Of a DNA stretch of 64,000 nt, positions 48,151 to 57,452 are shown piece after piece. Position numbers and translations under genes: made by a program. Every line of letters starts with the position of its first letter. Position 1 is the stretch's first letter. Source of the DNA: Vulcanimicrobiota bacterium (lineage in GTDB: Bacteria > Vulcanimicrobiota > Vulcanimicrobiia > Vulcanimicrobiales > Vulcanimicrobiaceae); the NCBI GenBank assembly GCA_027306785.1, contig DAHUZB010000025.1, forward strand, positions 3,783-67,782. Direction: 5' to 3'. Below the pieces are notes generated by a model. That model searched no databases, had not been told where the DNA came from, and worked only from the letters and a program-made list of their open reading frames with translations.

Positions 48151-50279
48151 CTCTCGCCGCCCGCGTGAAAGACGAACTTCACGATGAAGCGGTTGAGCGT
48201 CGCCGCCGCCGCGGGCGTGCCGTATTCCACGTAGAGCTCATCGAGGTTCACGAAGCGTTCGTGGAACGAGAGCGCAAGATTCGTACCGGGCAGCCCGTAG
48301 CCGCCCATCCCGTTGATGCCGCGCAGGCCGACCGCGAGACTCGTATTGCGGCCGAAGGTGCGCGTGAGGGAGAGACTGCGGTACCACTGCGAATCGAGCG
48401 GCGGCGCAAGCGCGTTCATCGCGTGCTCGATGTTGCCGTTGAACGCGACGGAGATACCGTAGCGGCCGAAACTGCGCGTCGCCGAGATACCGGGCTGCTG
48501 CAAATAGACCGGCTGCCCCGCGCCGTTAGCGAACGGCCCCCAATTGTAGGTTGCGTCGATCGGCGAGGGCGTGCCGTCACGATAGCCGAGCGCCAGCGAT
48601 TGCGCGTTGAACGGCAGAACGACCGCCCCTTGATAGAAGGGATACGCGGCCGTGTAGACACGCAATTCGCTCGTCGAGACCCCGTACGTGAACGAGAGCT
48701 GATCGTCGAACGTGCTCGTGAGATTCGCAAACACGTCGGACTGATGTGCAGCGCCCGATCGATCGACGAAACGATCCGCTCCCGCGAGCACCTGATACGA
48801 TTTTACGCCGTGCCGTCCGCTACCGCTGTACTGCACGTAGATCTGCGGGCCGCGCACGTCGTTCTCGGTAATGTACGCATCGACCGGCGCGTACTCGGGC
48901 CCGATGTCTTGGTATTTCGCGAGCGCGAGCCAATGCGAGGTCTGCACTCCCGAGCCGATTTGAAAGTCACCGCCCTGCGCGGGATCGCTCACGAGCGTGC
49001 CGCGTTCGAATTGATACTTCGTGAGCGCGAAGAAGCCGCTGTGCGGATTGGTCGTCGCGATCGCGCCGCCGAGCATACGATCGCTAAGGCCGGTATGCTG
49101 CGCGTCCACGCCCTGAAAGGCGTACGTGAACGCGTTGTCCGGCGTGTTTACCTGGTAACCGAACGCGCTGTCGTTGAATCCCGGTCCGCCTGCGTTGAGC
49201 GCACCGATCTGCGCGTGCCCCTGCGTGCCCTCGAATTTGAAGCCGCGGTCGAAAATGCCGATGTTCGGCGAATAAAAAGGGATATCGGCCGAGTTGATAT
49301 TCACGCCGGGCAACGAGTTGAGGTACTGCGCACCCTGCGAGAAGAACGGGCGGTACTCGTTATACTGCCGCTGGAACTCCTGCGGAGCGATCGTCGTCTG
49401 ATCTTGCTCGACGTTCGAGAAATCGGGATTGAGGGTACCCACGAACGAAAGCGTGTTGGTCACCGGCACGGTCACATCGACGCCGAGTGTACGCTGTTTG
49501 GTTTGTACGAACTGTCCCACGCCGTCTTGAAAGAGTCCCCGATCGGTTCCCGCGGCGCCGAGCGTGTAGATGTCGGCTCGCGCCTTCGGGCGCGCGGCAT
49601 GCTGCGAGAGGCGTAGGCCGGTGAGTTCCGGCCAAAACTGCGAAGAACCGATGTCATTCATCGTGGGCTCGTAAGCCCACGTATACTCCTCGCTCTTCGC
49701 CGCGATGAGGCGCGCCACGTTTACCTGCCACGAAACCACGCCGCCGTTCGAGCGAATGTCCTTGAGCGGGATGATCATCATCGCGTTCCAGTCGCCGTTC
49801 GGAAGCACCGTCGCCACGCTCTTCCAACTCGGCGCATAGCGCGCGTTCTCGCTCGAGTACTCGTCGTGGATGCCGTGCGGATTCACGCGAAACTGGTAGA
49901 CGCGCGAGCCCGATCCCGATGTCTCGAAATTGAGGGCCACGTGATCGTCGCTTCCGATGCCGGCGTGATCGACCGTCTGCGCCGCCGTGATCGGAATGCC
50001 GCGCTGCTCGCAATGGACCGCGAAGTACAGGTTCTTATCGTCGTACAAGAGGTACGCCACGGTCGCGTGACGCGCGGCGCGGTGATCGGTGAAGTCGTAG
50101 AAATGCGCGAACGTCGTCGCGCTCTTCCACTGCGGCGCGGTGAGCGAGGCGTCGAACGGTGGCGGTGCCGATGCCTTCACCGCGGGGACGGAGGCCGAAC
50201 GCGGCACCCATGCGCGCGCGGGCGCCGCAGTGAGTGCCGCAATCACGGCCAGGAATATGCATAGCGGTACGCGAGCCAT
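48141..50279 (-). CDS. DUF5916 / CBM9-like outer-membrane protein
   Basis: Signal peptide, an N-terminal carbohydrate-binding-like domain (YLLYDDKNLYFAV), the motif LNPDFSNVEQDQ, and a long beta-rich C-terminus. Confidence 0.75.
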   Translation of the reverse strand: MARVPLCIFLAVIAALTAAPARAWVPRSASVPAVKASAPPPFDASLTAPQWKSATTFAHFYDFTDHRAARHATVAYLLYDDKNLYFAVHCEQRGIPITAAQTVDHAGIGSDDHVALNFETSGSGSRVYQFRVNPHGIHDEYSSENARYAPSWKSVATVLPNGDWNAMMIIPLKDIRSNGGVVSWQVNVARLIAAKSEEYTWAYEPTMNDIGSSQFWPELTGLRLSQHAARPKARADIYTLGAAGTDRGLFQDGVGQFVQTKQRTLGVDVTVPVTNTLSFVGTLNPDFSNVEQDQTTIAPQEFQRQYNEYRPFFSQGAQYLNSLPGVNINSADIPFYSPNIGIFDRGFKFEGTQGHAQIGALNAGGPGFNDSAFGYQVNTPDNAFTYAFQGVDAQHTGLSDRMLGGAIATTNPHSGFFALTKYQFERGTLVSDPAQGGDFQIGSGVQTSHWLALAKYQDIGPEYAPVDAYITENDVRGPQIYVQYSGSGRHGVKSYQVLAGADRFVDRSGAAHQSDVFANLTSTFDDQLSFTYGVSTSELRVYTAAYPFYQGAVVLPFNAQSLALGYRDGTPSPIDATYNWGPFANGAGQPVYLQQPGISATRSFGRYGISVAFNGNIEHAMNALAPPLDSQWYRSLSLTRTFGRNTSLAVGLRGINGMGGYGLPGTNLALSFHERFVNLDELYVEYGTPAAAATLNRFIVKFVFHAGGESGT

Positions 50280-50321
50280 CGTCGCGTGTACGGCGATGCG
50301 GGCGACGATGTTTCGTGCGCG

Positions 50322-50723
50322 CTACGAGAGGCTGTCGCGCTTGCGGTGCTCCAGCACCTCGACGGGGATGCCGTTCGGATCTTCGATGAAGGCGATCGCG
50401 CGCGTCCCGCCGGGCGACTTGTAGACGTCTTTGAGGATCTTCACGCCCTTGCTCTTCAGATCGGCGATGTACGGTTCGAGATCGCCGTCCGCTTCGATCG
50501 CGAGATGCTCGTAGCGATTCCCGAGCGCATACGGTGGATGCTCCTCCAGATCGTACACGAGTTCGATGTACGCGTTCCAATCATGCCCGACGAACGCCAT
50601 GTCGGCATTCCCGGGATAGTGATATGGCCCATCGAGCAGTTTCAGCCCGAGCTTCTTGGTATAGAACTCGATCGACTCGTCCATGTTATTGACGAAGATC
50701 GACGTATGTAAAAAGCGTGGCAT
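50322..50723 (-). CDS. VOC-family protein (glyoxalase I-like)
   Basis: The start is set at MPRFLHTSIFVNNMDESIEFYTKKLGL (ATG complement 50721-50723). It has a typical paired beta-alpha-beta-beta-beta pattern and ..GIPVEVLE. Confidence 0.8.
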   Translation of the reverse strand: MPRFLHTSIFVNNMDESIEFYTKKLGLKLLDGPYHYPGNADMAFVGHDWNAYIELVYDLEEHPPYALGNRYEHLAIEADGDLEPYIADLKSKGVKILKDVYKSPGGTRAIAFIEDPNGIPVEVLEHRKRDSLS

Positions 50724-50873
50724 CCGAGTTTCCTTTCCCGCAGAGCATGTGCTTCGACAACGGTTATAGACCAAGCCCACCCCTAGACGGATGCACGCGA
50801 CCGAACAGATGTCTTCTCGTTCCGCCCCGGCATCAGACACGAATGCGCGCTTGGGCTTTATGGATGGGTCTTC

Positions 50874-51263
50874 TTGCGACAATCGATGCTTCTCACATGG
50901 TTTCAAACGAGCATCCTCGGGAGGACGCTAGCCCGCCTTGCGGCACTCGGGAGCGGGGCCGTGGCAGCGTTTTCGCTCAACCTCACGGCGAGCGATGTCT
51001 ACGCCCACACGTGGTCATCGAGAGACCGATGGCTCGTCGCGCTGATCGCGGCTTTGCTCGTCGTCAACCTCGTCGGCACGGAGGTGCTCCGTCGGCTCTC
51101 CGATGACCTCGATGACATGCGGCGTCGAGAAGCATTCCTCGCCATCGCAGCCGAACACGCAAAGTATCTGCAGGATGCCGGGCGGCAGGGCCGGACGCAG
51201 GTCGTCGAAGACGGGTTAAAAGTGCTAGACAAGCTCTACCGGCGCGCCAAGAGAAAGAAGTAG
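50874..51263 (+). CDS. Hypothetical two-TM protein with a charged helical C-terminal domain
   Basis: 129 aa. The hydrophobic segments are ILGRTLARLAALGSGAVAAFSL and WLVALIAALLVVNLVG, followed by ..DDLDDMRRREAFLAIAAEHAKYLQD..KRKK. I do not recognise a family. Confidence 0.4.
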   Translation: MRQSMLLTWFQTSILGRTLARLAALGSGAVAAFSLNLTASDVYAHTWSSRDRWLVALIAALLVVNLVGTEVLRRLSDDLDDMRRREAFLAIAAEHAKYLQDAGRQGRTQVVEDGLKVLDKLYRRAKRKK

Positions 51264-51271
51264 GTCGAGCG

Positions 51272-51568
51272 ATGAAATTCCAACTTGCGAAAACCGCCGC
51301 GGAAGCGATCGAGCAGATGCCCGACGACGCGGCCGACAGCCTCCGATTCGTGCTCGAGCAGATTCGCGATGCGAAAAGCATGAGCGAGCTTCATATCGCG
51401 CGTCCGCTGCGCGCGGGAGCGTACGCCGAACCCTCGATCTACGAAATTCGCAGAGGGCACACACGGACTATTCTGAGCCTTGCCACCGACCGTGGTGAGC
51501 CGAACGTTACGATCCTGAGCGTCGAGCCGGGGCAGGCGCGCACGAGCGGACTCTCGTTCGGGCGGTAG
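51272..51568 (+). CDS. RelE/ParE-superfamily-like small protein
   Basis: 98 aa. The pattern MKFQL.K.A.EAIEQMP......L...LEQI....., then ..IYEIRRGHTRTILSL....EPNVTILSVE, matches the usual RelE/ParE layout. It lies 8 nt after the upstream ORF. Confidence 0.4.
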   Translation: MKFQLAKTAAEAIEQMPDDAADSLRFVLEQIRDAKSMSELHIARPLRAGAYAEPSIYEIRRGHTRTILSLATDRGEPNVTILSVEPGQARTSGLSFGR

Positions 51569-51585
51569 CGCCGGCGTTGCGACCG

Positions 51586-53160
51586 CTAGTGCAAGAAGTA
51601 GCGATACGACGAGAAGACGAGGGCGACGCCGAGACGGTCGGCGGCCGCGATCACATCCTCGTCGCGGATCGATCCGCCGGGGGCGATGATCGCGCTGCAG
51701 CCGCTTTCGACGGCGGCCTCCAGGCCGTCGCTGAACGGGAAGAAGCCGTCGCTCGCGCAGGCGGCACCCTTGGCGGCTTCACCCGCGCGATGCGCGGCGA
51801 TCTTCACGGCGCTCACGCGGTTGGTCTGACCCGCACAGATGCCGCGCGTGGTGCCGCCGCTCACGATCACGATGCCGTTCGACTTCACGTGGCGCACCAC
51901 GTCCCACGCGAAGGCGAGATCGTGCCATTCCTGCGCGGTCGGCTGTCGCTTGGAGACCACGCGCCACTCTTCCGCGGGCGCCTCGGGATTGTCGTCTTCG
52001 GCGAGCACGCCGCCGAGGGCGCTACGCACGCGCAGTTCGCGCGCGAGCACGTCGGGCAAGTCGGGCGTGAAGCGCATGATGCGCAGATTCTTCTTCGTTT
52101 TCAAGAGTGCGAGCGCATCGTCGTCGAACTCGGGTGCCGCCACGATCTCCAAGAAGAACTTCTTCAGGCTCTGCGCCGCTTCGAGATCGATGCGCGCGTC
52201 GGTCGCCACGATGCCGCCGTAGGCGGAGACGGGATCGGCTTCGAGCGCGTCGTGGACCGCTTTGCCGACGGTCGAACGCTGCGCCACGCCGCACGGCACG
52301 GTATGCTTCACCGCCGCGGCGCGCACGAAACGCTCGTGCTCGCTGCCGAACGCGGCGCCGAGCGGCGCGCGCGAGAGCAGACGCAGCGTGGCATCGAGAT
52401 CGAGCAGATTGTTGTATGAGAGCGCTTTGCCGTGCAGTTGTTCGGGCAGACGCTCCGGTCGATCGAGATAGAAGGCCGCGCGATTCTGCGGATTGGTGCC
52501 GTAGCGCAGACGCTGCGAGAGCGGCGCGGTGAGCGCGAGCGCACCCGGTAGTTCGCTCGGCAGATACTGGCCGGCGGAGCCCAGATAGTGCGCGATCGCC
52601 ACATCGTACTCGGCGGTGCGTTCGAACGCGGCGACAGCGTAGCCGCGGCGCAGCGCGAACGGCACCTCGCCCGCGCGGAACGCGGCGATGAATTCGTCGT
52701 ACTGCGACGGATGCGTGAGGATCGCCACGTGCGCGAAGTTTTTCGCCGCGGCGCGCAGCAGCGAGACACCGCCGATATCGATCTGCTCGATCGCTTCGGG
52801 CAGGGTGGTGCCTTCGCGCGCGACCGTCGCCTCGAACGGGTAGAGATTCACCACCACCGTGGTGATCGGCGCGATCGCGTATTTCGCGGCTTGCGCGCGA
52901 TGATCGGCGTTGTCGCGATCGTAGAGAATGGCGCCGAAGACCTTCGGGTGCAGCGTCTTCACGCGGCCGTCGAAGAGCTCGGGAAAGCCGGTCATCTCGC
53001 CCACGTCGTGCGCCGGAATGCCGTGCTCTTCCAAATGGCGTTTGGTGCCGCCGGTCGCGTAGATCACCGTGCCGGTCTCGTGCAGGGCGCGCGCGAGCTC
53101 GACCGATCCGGTTTTGTCGGAGAGCGAAAAAAGCGCGGCGGGTTTAGCGGTGTCAGGCAA
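51586..53160 (-). CDS. purH: Bifunctional AICAR transformylase / IMP cyclohydrolase
   Basis: 524 aa. The sequence is conserved PurH throughout (ALFSLSDKTG.., ..GGIRD..). Confidence 0.95.
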   Translation of the reverse strand: MPDTAKPAALFSLSDKTGSVELARALHETGTVIYATGGTKRHLEEHGIPAHDVGEMTGFPELFDGRVKTLHPKVFGAILYDRDNADHRAQAAKYAIAPITTVVVNLYPFEATVAREGTTLPEAIEQIDIGGVSLLRAAAKNFAHVAILTHPSQYDEFIAAFRAGEVPFALRRGYAVAAFERTAEYDVAIAHYLGSAGQYLPSELPGALALTAPLSQRLRYGTNPQNRAAFYLDRPERLPEQLHGKALSYNNLLDLDATLRLLSRAPLGAAFGSEHERFVRAAAVKHTVPCGVAQRSTVGKAVHDALEADPVSAYGGIVATDARIDLEAAQSLKKFFLEIVAAPEFDDDALALLKTKKNLRIMRFTPDLPDVLARELRVRSALGGVLAEDDNPEAPAEEWRVVSKRQPTAQEWHDLAFAWDVVRHVKSNGIVIVSGGTTRGICAGQTNRVSAVKIAAHRAGEAAKGAACASDGFFPFSDGLEAAVESGCSAIIAPGGSIRDEDVIAAADRLGVALVFSSYRYFLH

Positions 53161-56100
53161 GGGCGAGCTCCGGTTCTTGGGAGTGCGTGAGCGTCGCGGC
53201 GATCACGGTGCTCACACCCGGCTCTTTCATCGTGACGCCGTACATGCGATCGGCGAGCTCCATCGTCTTCTTGTTGTGGGTGACGATGATCATCTGCGCG
53301 TCGGTCGCGAGATCGCGCACCATGCTCGAGAAGCGATCCACGTTCGCATCGTCGAGCGCGGCGTCGACTTCGTCGAGCAGATAGAACGGCGACGGCTTCA
53401 CTTGAATGAGCGCGAAGATGAGCGCCGCGGCCGTCATCGCGCGCTCGCCGCCCGAGAGCGTGGTGAGCGGCATCAGCTTTTTGCCCGGCGGCTGCACCGA
53501 GATCTCCACGCCCGTTTCGGAGAGATTCTCGGGATTGGTCTGCCACATCTTGGCCGACCCGCCCGGGAAGAGCTTGGCGTACATCTCGGTGAACGCGGTC
53601 GAGACTTTCTCGAACGTCTCGTTGAACTGCGCTTGCGACTGCGCCTCGATCTCCTTGATCGATTCGAGCAGCGTCTCGCGCGCCTTGGCGAGATCTTCCA
53701 ACTGCGTGCGCAGGAAGGTCTCGCGCTCGCCGAGCTCTTCGCGTTCGGCTTCGGCGTTGAGGTTGACGTTGGCGGAGAGGCGCGCGAGCTCTTCGCGCAG
53801 GCGCGGCAGTTCTTCCATCACCGCGTCGCCTTCGTCTTTGTAGCGCTCCTCGACGTCGGTGCATTCTTCGTCGGTCGCGGGATTCTGCGCGAACTGCGAG
53901 ACGAGCATGCCGAGTTCGGCTTCGATCTCGGCGAGGCGCGTGCGGTGACGTTCGCCGCCCGCCATCGCTTCGCGCTCTTCGTTTTCGGCGGTGCGTAGAT
54001 CGCCTTCGAGTTTGAGCAACTGATCGGCGGAGGCTTCGCGTTCGCGCCGCGCGACTTCCAAACGCGCGTCGAGATCGCGCACGCCTTCACGCAGGCCTTC
54101 CACGTGCGCATGCGCGGTGCGCGTCTGTTCCATCAGCGCGCCGATCTCGGCGAGCATCGTCTCGCGCGCGGTGCGCGCACGCTCGCTGTTCGCATCGAGC
54201 ATGCCCAAGCGGCCTTTCGCCGCATCGCGTTCCGCGGTGATCGCGGCGACGCGCTCGCGCAGCTCGGCGGCGTGGCGACTCGCCTCGGTCTGTGCCTGCT
54301 CGGCCTGTGCGATCTCCGCGCGCGCGCGGGCGAGCTCGGCTTCGAGGCGTTGGCGCTCCTCATCGCTCTGCACGGCCTCGATCTCGGGCGCTTCGTACGA
54401 ACGCTCGCGTTCGCGCGCGCCGCGGCCGCGTTCGAGAAGCTCTTCCAAGCGCGTCTGCGCGGCGTGCACGTCGTGATTCATGCGTTCGAGATCGCTCGCG
54501 AGCCCGACCATCTCGGTACGCAGCTCCGCGATCTGCAGTTCCACGCGTCCGAGCGCGTCGCGCGCGCTCTCGCGCGCGGCCGTCGCGGCCTCGGCGCGGG
54601 CGCTCGCGTCGTGCGCGGCGCGTTCGAGCGATTCGAGCTTGGCGCGCATCTCCGCAAGCGTCTCGCGCAGTGTCTGCGCCTGCACGCGACGGGAGAGAAT
54701 CGATTTTTCGCGCCGGAAACGACCGCCCGTGATCGCACCGCCGCCCGCGATCTGCTCGCCCGAGAGCGTCACGACCGTATCGCGGAATCCGCGTCCGCGC
54801 ACCAGATGGATGCCGGTCTGCAGCGTGTCGACGATCAGCACGTTGCCGACCAAGAAGCGCACCACCCCTTCGTACTGCGGCGACGTACGCACGAGCGCGT
54901 GCGCGTAGCCGATCACGCCCGGTGTGCGTTCGAGATCGGGCGTCATCTGCTTGGCGTCGCGATGCGCGAGCGTGTCGAGCGGCAGGAAGGTGGCGCGGCC
55001 CTGCTCGCTGCGGTTCAAATAGTCGATCGCGCGCTCGGCGTCTTCCGAGGTGCGCGTGATGATGTTGGAAAGGCGCGCGCCGAACGCCACGTCCAGCGCG
55101 CGTGCGTAGCGTTCGTCGGTCGTGATGAGGTTGGAGACGATGCCTTCGATGCCGCGCAGTTCGCCGCGCTGCATCGCCTCGATCACGGCGCGCGTGCCGG
55201 GCACGTGACCTTCGAGCGAGTTCTCCAGCTCTTCGATCGTGTGCAGGCGCGACTCGGCGGCCTTGACCTCGCCGGTCTGCTCGCGATGCGCCGCGAGGGC
55301 GCTTGCGAGATCGCTCTGCGCCTGCGTCACCGCGACTTCCGCGTCTTCCACCGCGCCGCGCGCGGCGAGCGCCTGACCGTCGAGCGCGGCGAGCTGCGCC
55401 TCGCGCTCGGTGTAGCGCTGCGTGGCGCCGCCCATCGTCATTTCCAACTGTGCGACGAGCTCGCGCGCGGCGTGCGCTTCGCCTTCCAGGCGCTCGGCTT
55501 CGGCGCGCAGGTTCTCGCCCTGCACGCGTCGTTCGGCCTTCTTCGCCGCGAATTCGGCGGCGGTCGCTTCGACTTCGCGCAGGCGCGTGAAGATGGCGTC
55601 CAACTGCGCGCGCGTCTGCGAGAGCGATTGCTGCGCGCCGAGTTCGCGTTCGCGCGCGCCTTCCACTTCGCTTGCGAGCGGCGCGAGGCGCTCTTCCAAA
55701 TCGGCGATCGTGGCCGCGAGCGATTCGCGCTCGGCCTGCACGCGCGCCACGTCTTCGGAGGTTTGCGTGGACTGCGCTTCGAGCGCTTCGCGTCGCGCGA
55801 GCGCGGCGGCATAATCGGCTTCCACGCGGGCGAGCTCGGCGCGGCGCGTCTGCGCCTGCGCGCGAATCTCGTCGAGCGCGAGCTCTTGCTGATAGGCGCG
55901 CGTGCGCAGTTCGGCGAGGTTGGCGCCGTATTGCGCGGCCTTGGCGGCGGCGGCGGCACGCACTTCGTCTTGGCGTTCGAGCTCGAGACGGAGTTGCTCG
56001 CGTTCGACGCGGCGCGACCGGCTCGCGCGCATGTACGAAAGGATCTCCAGGTCGCGCACGCGCGCGCTCACCTTGCGGTAGCGTTTGGCGCGGCGCACCT

Positions 56101-56722
56101 GCGTTTCGAGTTCGGGAATGCGGCGCTCGAGTTCGGCGATCAGATCGTTGACGCGGATCGCGTTTTGCTCGGTCTGCTCGAGACGGCGCATCGACTCGTG
56201 CTTGCGCGCAAGAAACTTATTGATGCCCGCGGTCTCTTCGAAGAGCGCGCGGCGTTCGGTGGGCTTGCTCGTGAGAATCGAGTCGATCTGCCCCTGCGAG
56301 ACGATCGAGTACGATCCGGGACCGAGCCCGGTGCCCATCAACAGCTCGACGATGTCGCGCAGACGCACCTGATTGCGGTTGATGAAGTACTCGCTCTCGC
56401 CCGCGCGGTAGGCGCGGCGCGTGATCTCCACCTCGCTGTACTCGGTCGCCATCTTGCCGTCGCTGTTGTCGAAGGTCATCGAGACCTCGGCGAGGCCGAG
56501 CGGCTTGCGCTTTTCATTGCCCGCGAAGATCACGTCTTCGAGCTTGCCGGAACGCAGGCTCTTGCTCGACGTCTCGCCGAGCACCCAACGGAAGGCATCG
56601 ACCATATTCGACTTGCCGGAACCGTTCGGTCCGACGATCGCGGTGATACCGCCCGAGAAATCGAGCGTGGTGGGTTCGGCAAAGGTTTTGAACCCGAAGG
56701 ACTTGATCTTCTTTAACTTCAT
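53153..56722 (-). CDS. smc: Chromosome partition protein SMC
   Basis: It starts at MKLKKIKSFGFKTF (ATGA overlap with the rnc stop). It has Walker A GPNGSGKSN, long coiled coils, LSGGE and YLLDEVDAALD. Confidence 0.93.
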   Translation of the reverse strand: MKLKKIKSFGFKTFAEPTTLDFSGGITAIVGPNGSGKSNMVDAFRWVLGETSSKSLRSGKLEDVIFAGNEKRKPLGLAEVSMTFDNSDGKMATEYSEVEITRRAYRAGESEYFINRNQVRLRDIVELLMGTGLGPGSYSIVSQGQIDSILTSKPTERRALFEETAGINKFLARKHESMRRLEQTEQNAIRVNDLIAELERRIPELETQVRRAKRYRKVSARVRDLEILSYMRASRSRRVEREQLRLELERQDEVRAAAAAKAAQYGANLAELRTRAYQQELALDEIRAQAQTRRAELARVEADYAAALARREALEAQSTQTSEDVARVQAERESLAATIADLEERLAPLASEVEGARERELGAQQSLSQTRAQLDAIFTRLREVEATAAEFAAKKAERRVQGENLRAEAERLEGEAHAARELVAQLEMTMGGATQRYTEREAQLAALDGQALAARGAVEDAEVAVTQAQSDLASALAAHREQTGEVKAAESRLHTIEELENSLEGHVPGTRAVIEAMQRGELRGIEGIVSNLITTDERYARALDVAFGARLSNIITRTSEDAERAIDYLNRSEQGRATFLPLDTLAHRDAKQMTPDLERTPGVIGYAHALVRTSPQYEGVVRFLVGNVLIVDTLQTGIHLVRGRGFRDTVVTLSGEQIAGGGAITGGRFRREKSILSRRVQAQTLRETLAEMRAKLESLERAAHDASARAEAATAARESARDALGRVELQIAELRTEMVGLASDLERMNHDVHAAQTRLEELLERGRGARERERSYEAPEIEAVQSDEERQRLEAELARARAEIAQAEQAQTEASRHAAELRERVAAITAERDAAKGRLGMLDANSERARTARETMLAEIGALMEQTRTAHAHVEGLREGVRDLDARLEVARREREASADQLLKLEGDLRTAENEEREAMAGGERHRTRLAEIEAELGMLVSQFAQNPATDEECTDVEERYKDEGDAVMEELPRLREELARLSANVNLNAEAEREELGERETFLRTQLEDLAKARETLLESIKEIEAQSQAQFNETFEKVSTAFTEMYAKLFPGGSAKMWQTNPENLSETGVEISVQPPGKKLMPLTTLSGGERAMTAAALIFALIQVKPSPFYLLDEVDAALDDANVDRFSSMVRDLATDAQMIIVTHNKKTMELADRMYGVTMKEPGVSTVIAATLTHSQEPELALA

Positions 56723-57441
56723 TTCTTCCGGCGCTTCGAGCTGGGCTCGGCGGCGAGTAGGGTGCGCAGGGCCGCCTCGGCGGCAGCTTGCTGTGCGGCT
56801 TTCTTCGAGGGACCGCTGCCGGTTCCCAACGTCTTTCCGTCGACGATGACGCAGGAATCGAAGCTCGGCGCCTGGGGCGTGCCGCGGTTCTCTTCGCGAT
56901 ACGACGGCGTGGCCGAAAGGTGCTCCTGCGCGAAGTGCTGCAGGCGCGTCTTCGCGTCGAGGAGCGCCTCGGGGTCGTGATCGAGGCGGTCGACGTGCCC
57001 CTCGAGCACGAACGTGCGCGCGCGATCGATGCCGTAGCGCAGAAAGAGCGCCGCGACGAAGGCTTCGAAGGCGTCGGCCAGGATCGACGTATTGTTCGCG
57101 CCGCCCGCGTTGCGCATGCCCGCCCCGAGCTGCACGAGATCGGAGAAGCCGATGCGGCGCGCCGCGTCGGCCAGCTGCGCGTCGTTCACGATCGCGGCCT
57201 TGCGCAAGGTGAGCCGGCCCTCCGGCTCCTCGGGAAAGTTCGCGAAGAGCCACTCGGCGACGATCGCCCCGAGCACCGAGTCGCCGAGAAACTCCAGCCG
57301 CTCGTTCGACGAGCCGCCGTGTTCCTTGGCGAAGCTCTCGTGCACGAACGCCTGCTCGACGAGCGTGAGATCGCCCGCCACGCGCACGCCGGCAAGACGA
57401 AGCAGCGCGCGCAGGCGCTTGCGATGCGCTTCACCGGCCAT
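56719..57441 (-). CDS. rnc: Ribonuclease III
   Basis: Signature NERLEFLGDSVLG and a C-terminal dsRBD (GSGPSKKAAQQAAA). The start is at MAGEAHRK (ATG complement 57439-57441). Confidence 0.9.
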   Translation of the reverse strand: MAGEAHRKRLRALLRLAGVRVAGDLTLVEQAFVHESFAKEHGGSSNERLEFLGDSVLGAIVAEWLFANFPEEPEGRLTLRKAAIVNDAQLADAARRIGFSDLVQLGAGMRNAGGANNTSILADAFEAFVAALFLRYGIDRARTFVLEGHVDRLDHDPEALLDAKTRLQHFAQEHLSATPSYREENRGTPQAPSFDSCVIVDGKTLGTGSGPSKKAAQQAAAEAALRTLLAAEPSSKRRKK

Positions 57442-57452
57442 GCGAGACGGGC

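Noticed and set aside
51505-51535. ATCCTGAGCGTCGAGCC inside the RelE-like ORF, as a possible fifth copy of the dispersed repeat.
   Set aside because: Only about 12 scattered positions match the 25-mer. The similarity is explained by ordinary coding sequence (..TILSVEPG..).
54104-56716. An 870-aa plus-strand ORF.
   Set aside because: It is antisense to smc. It has no recognisable motifs, and its composition is dominated by Arg/Ala/Leu/Gly, so it is a high-GC artefact.
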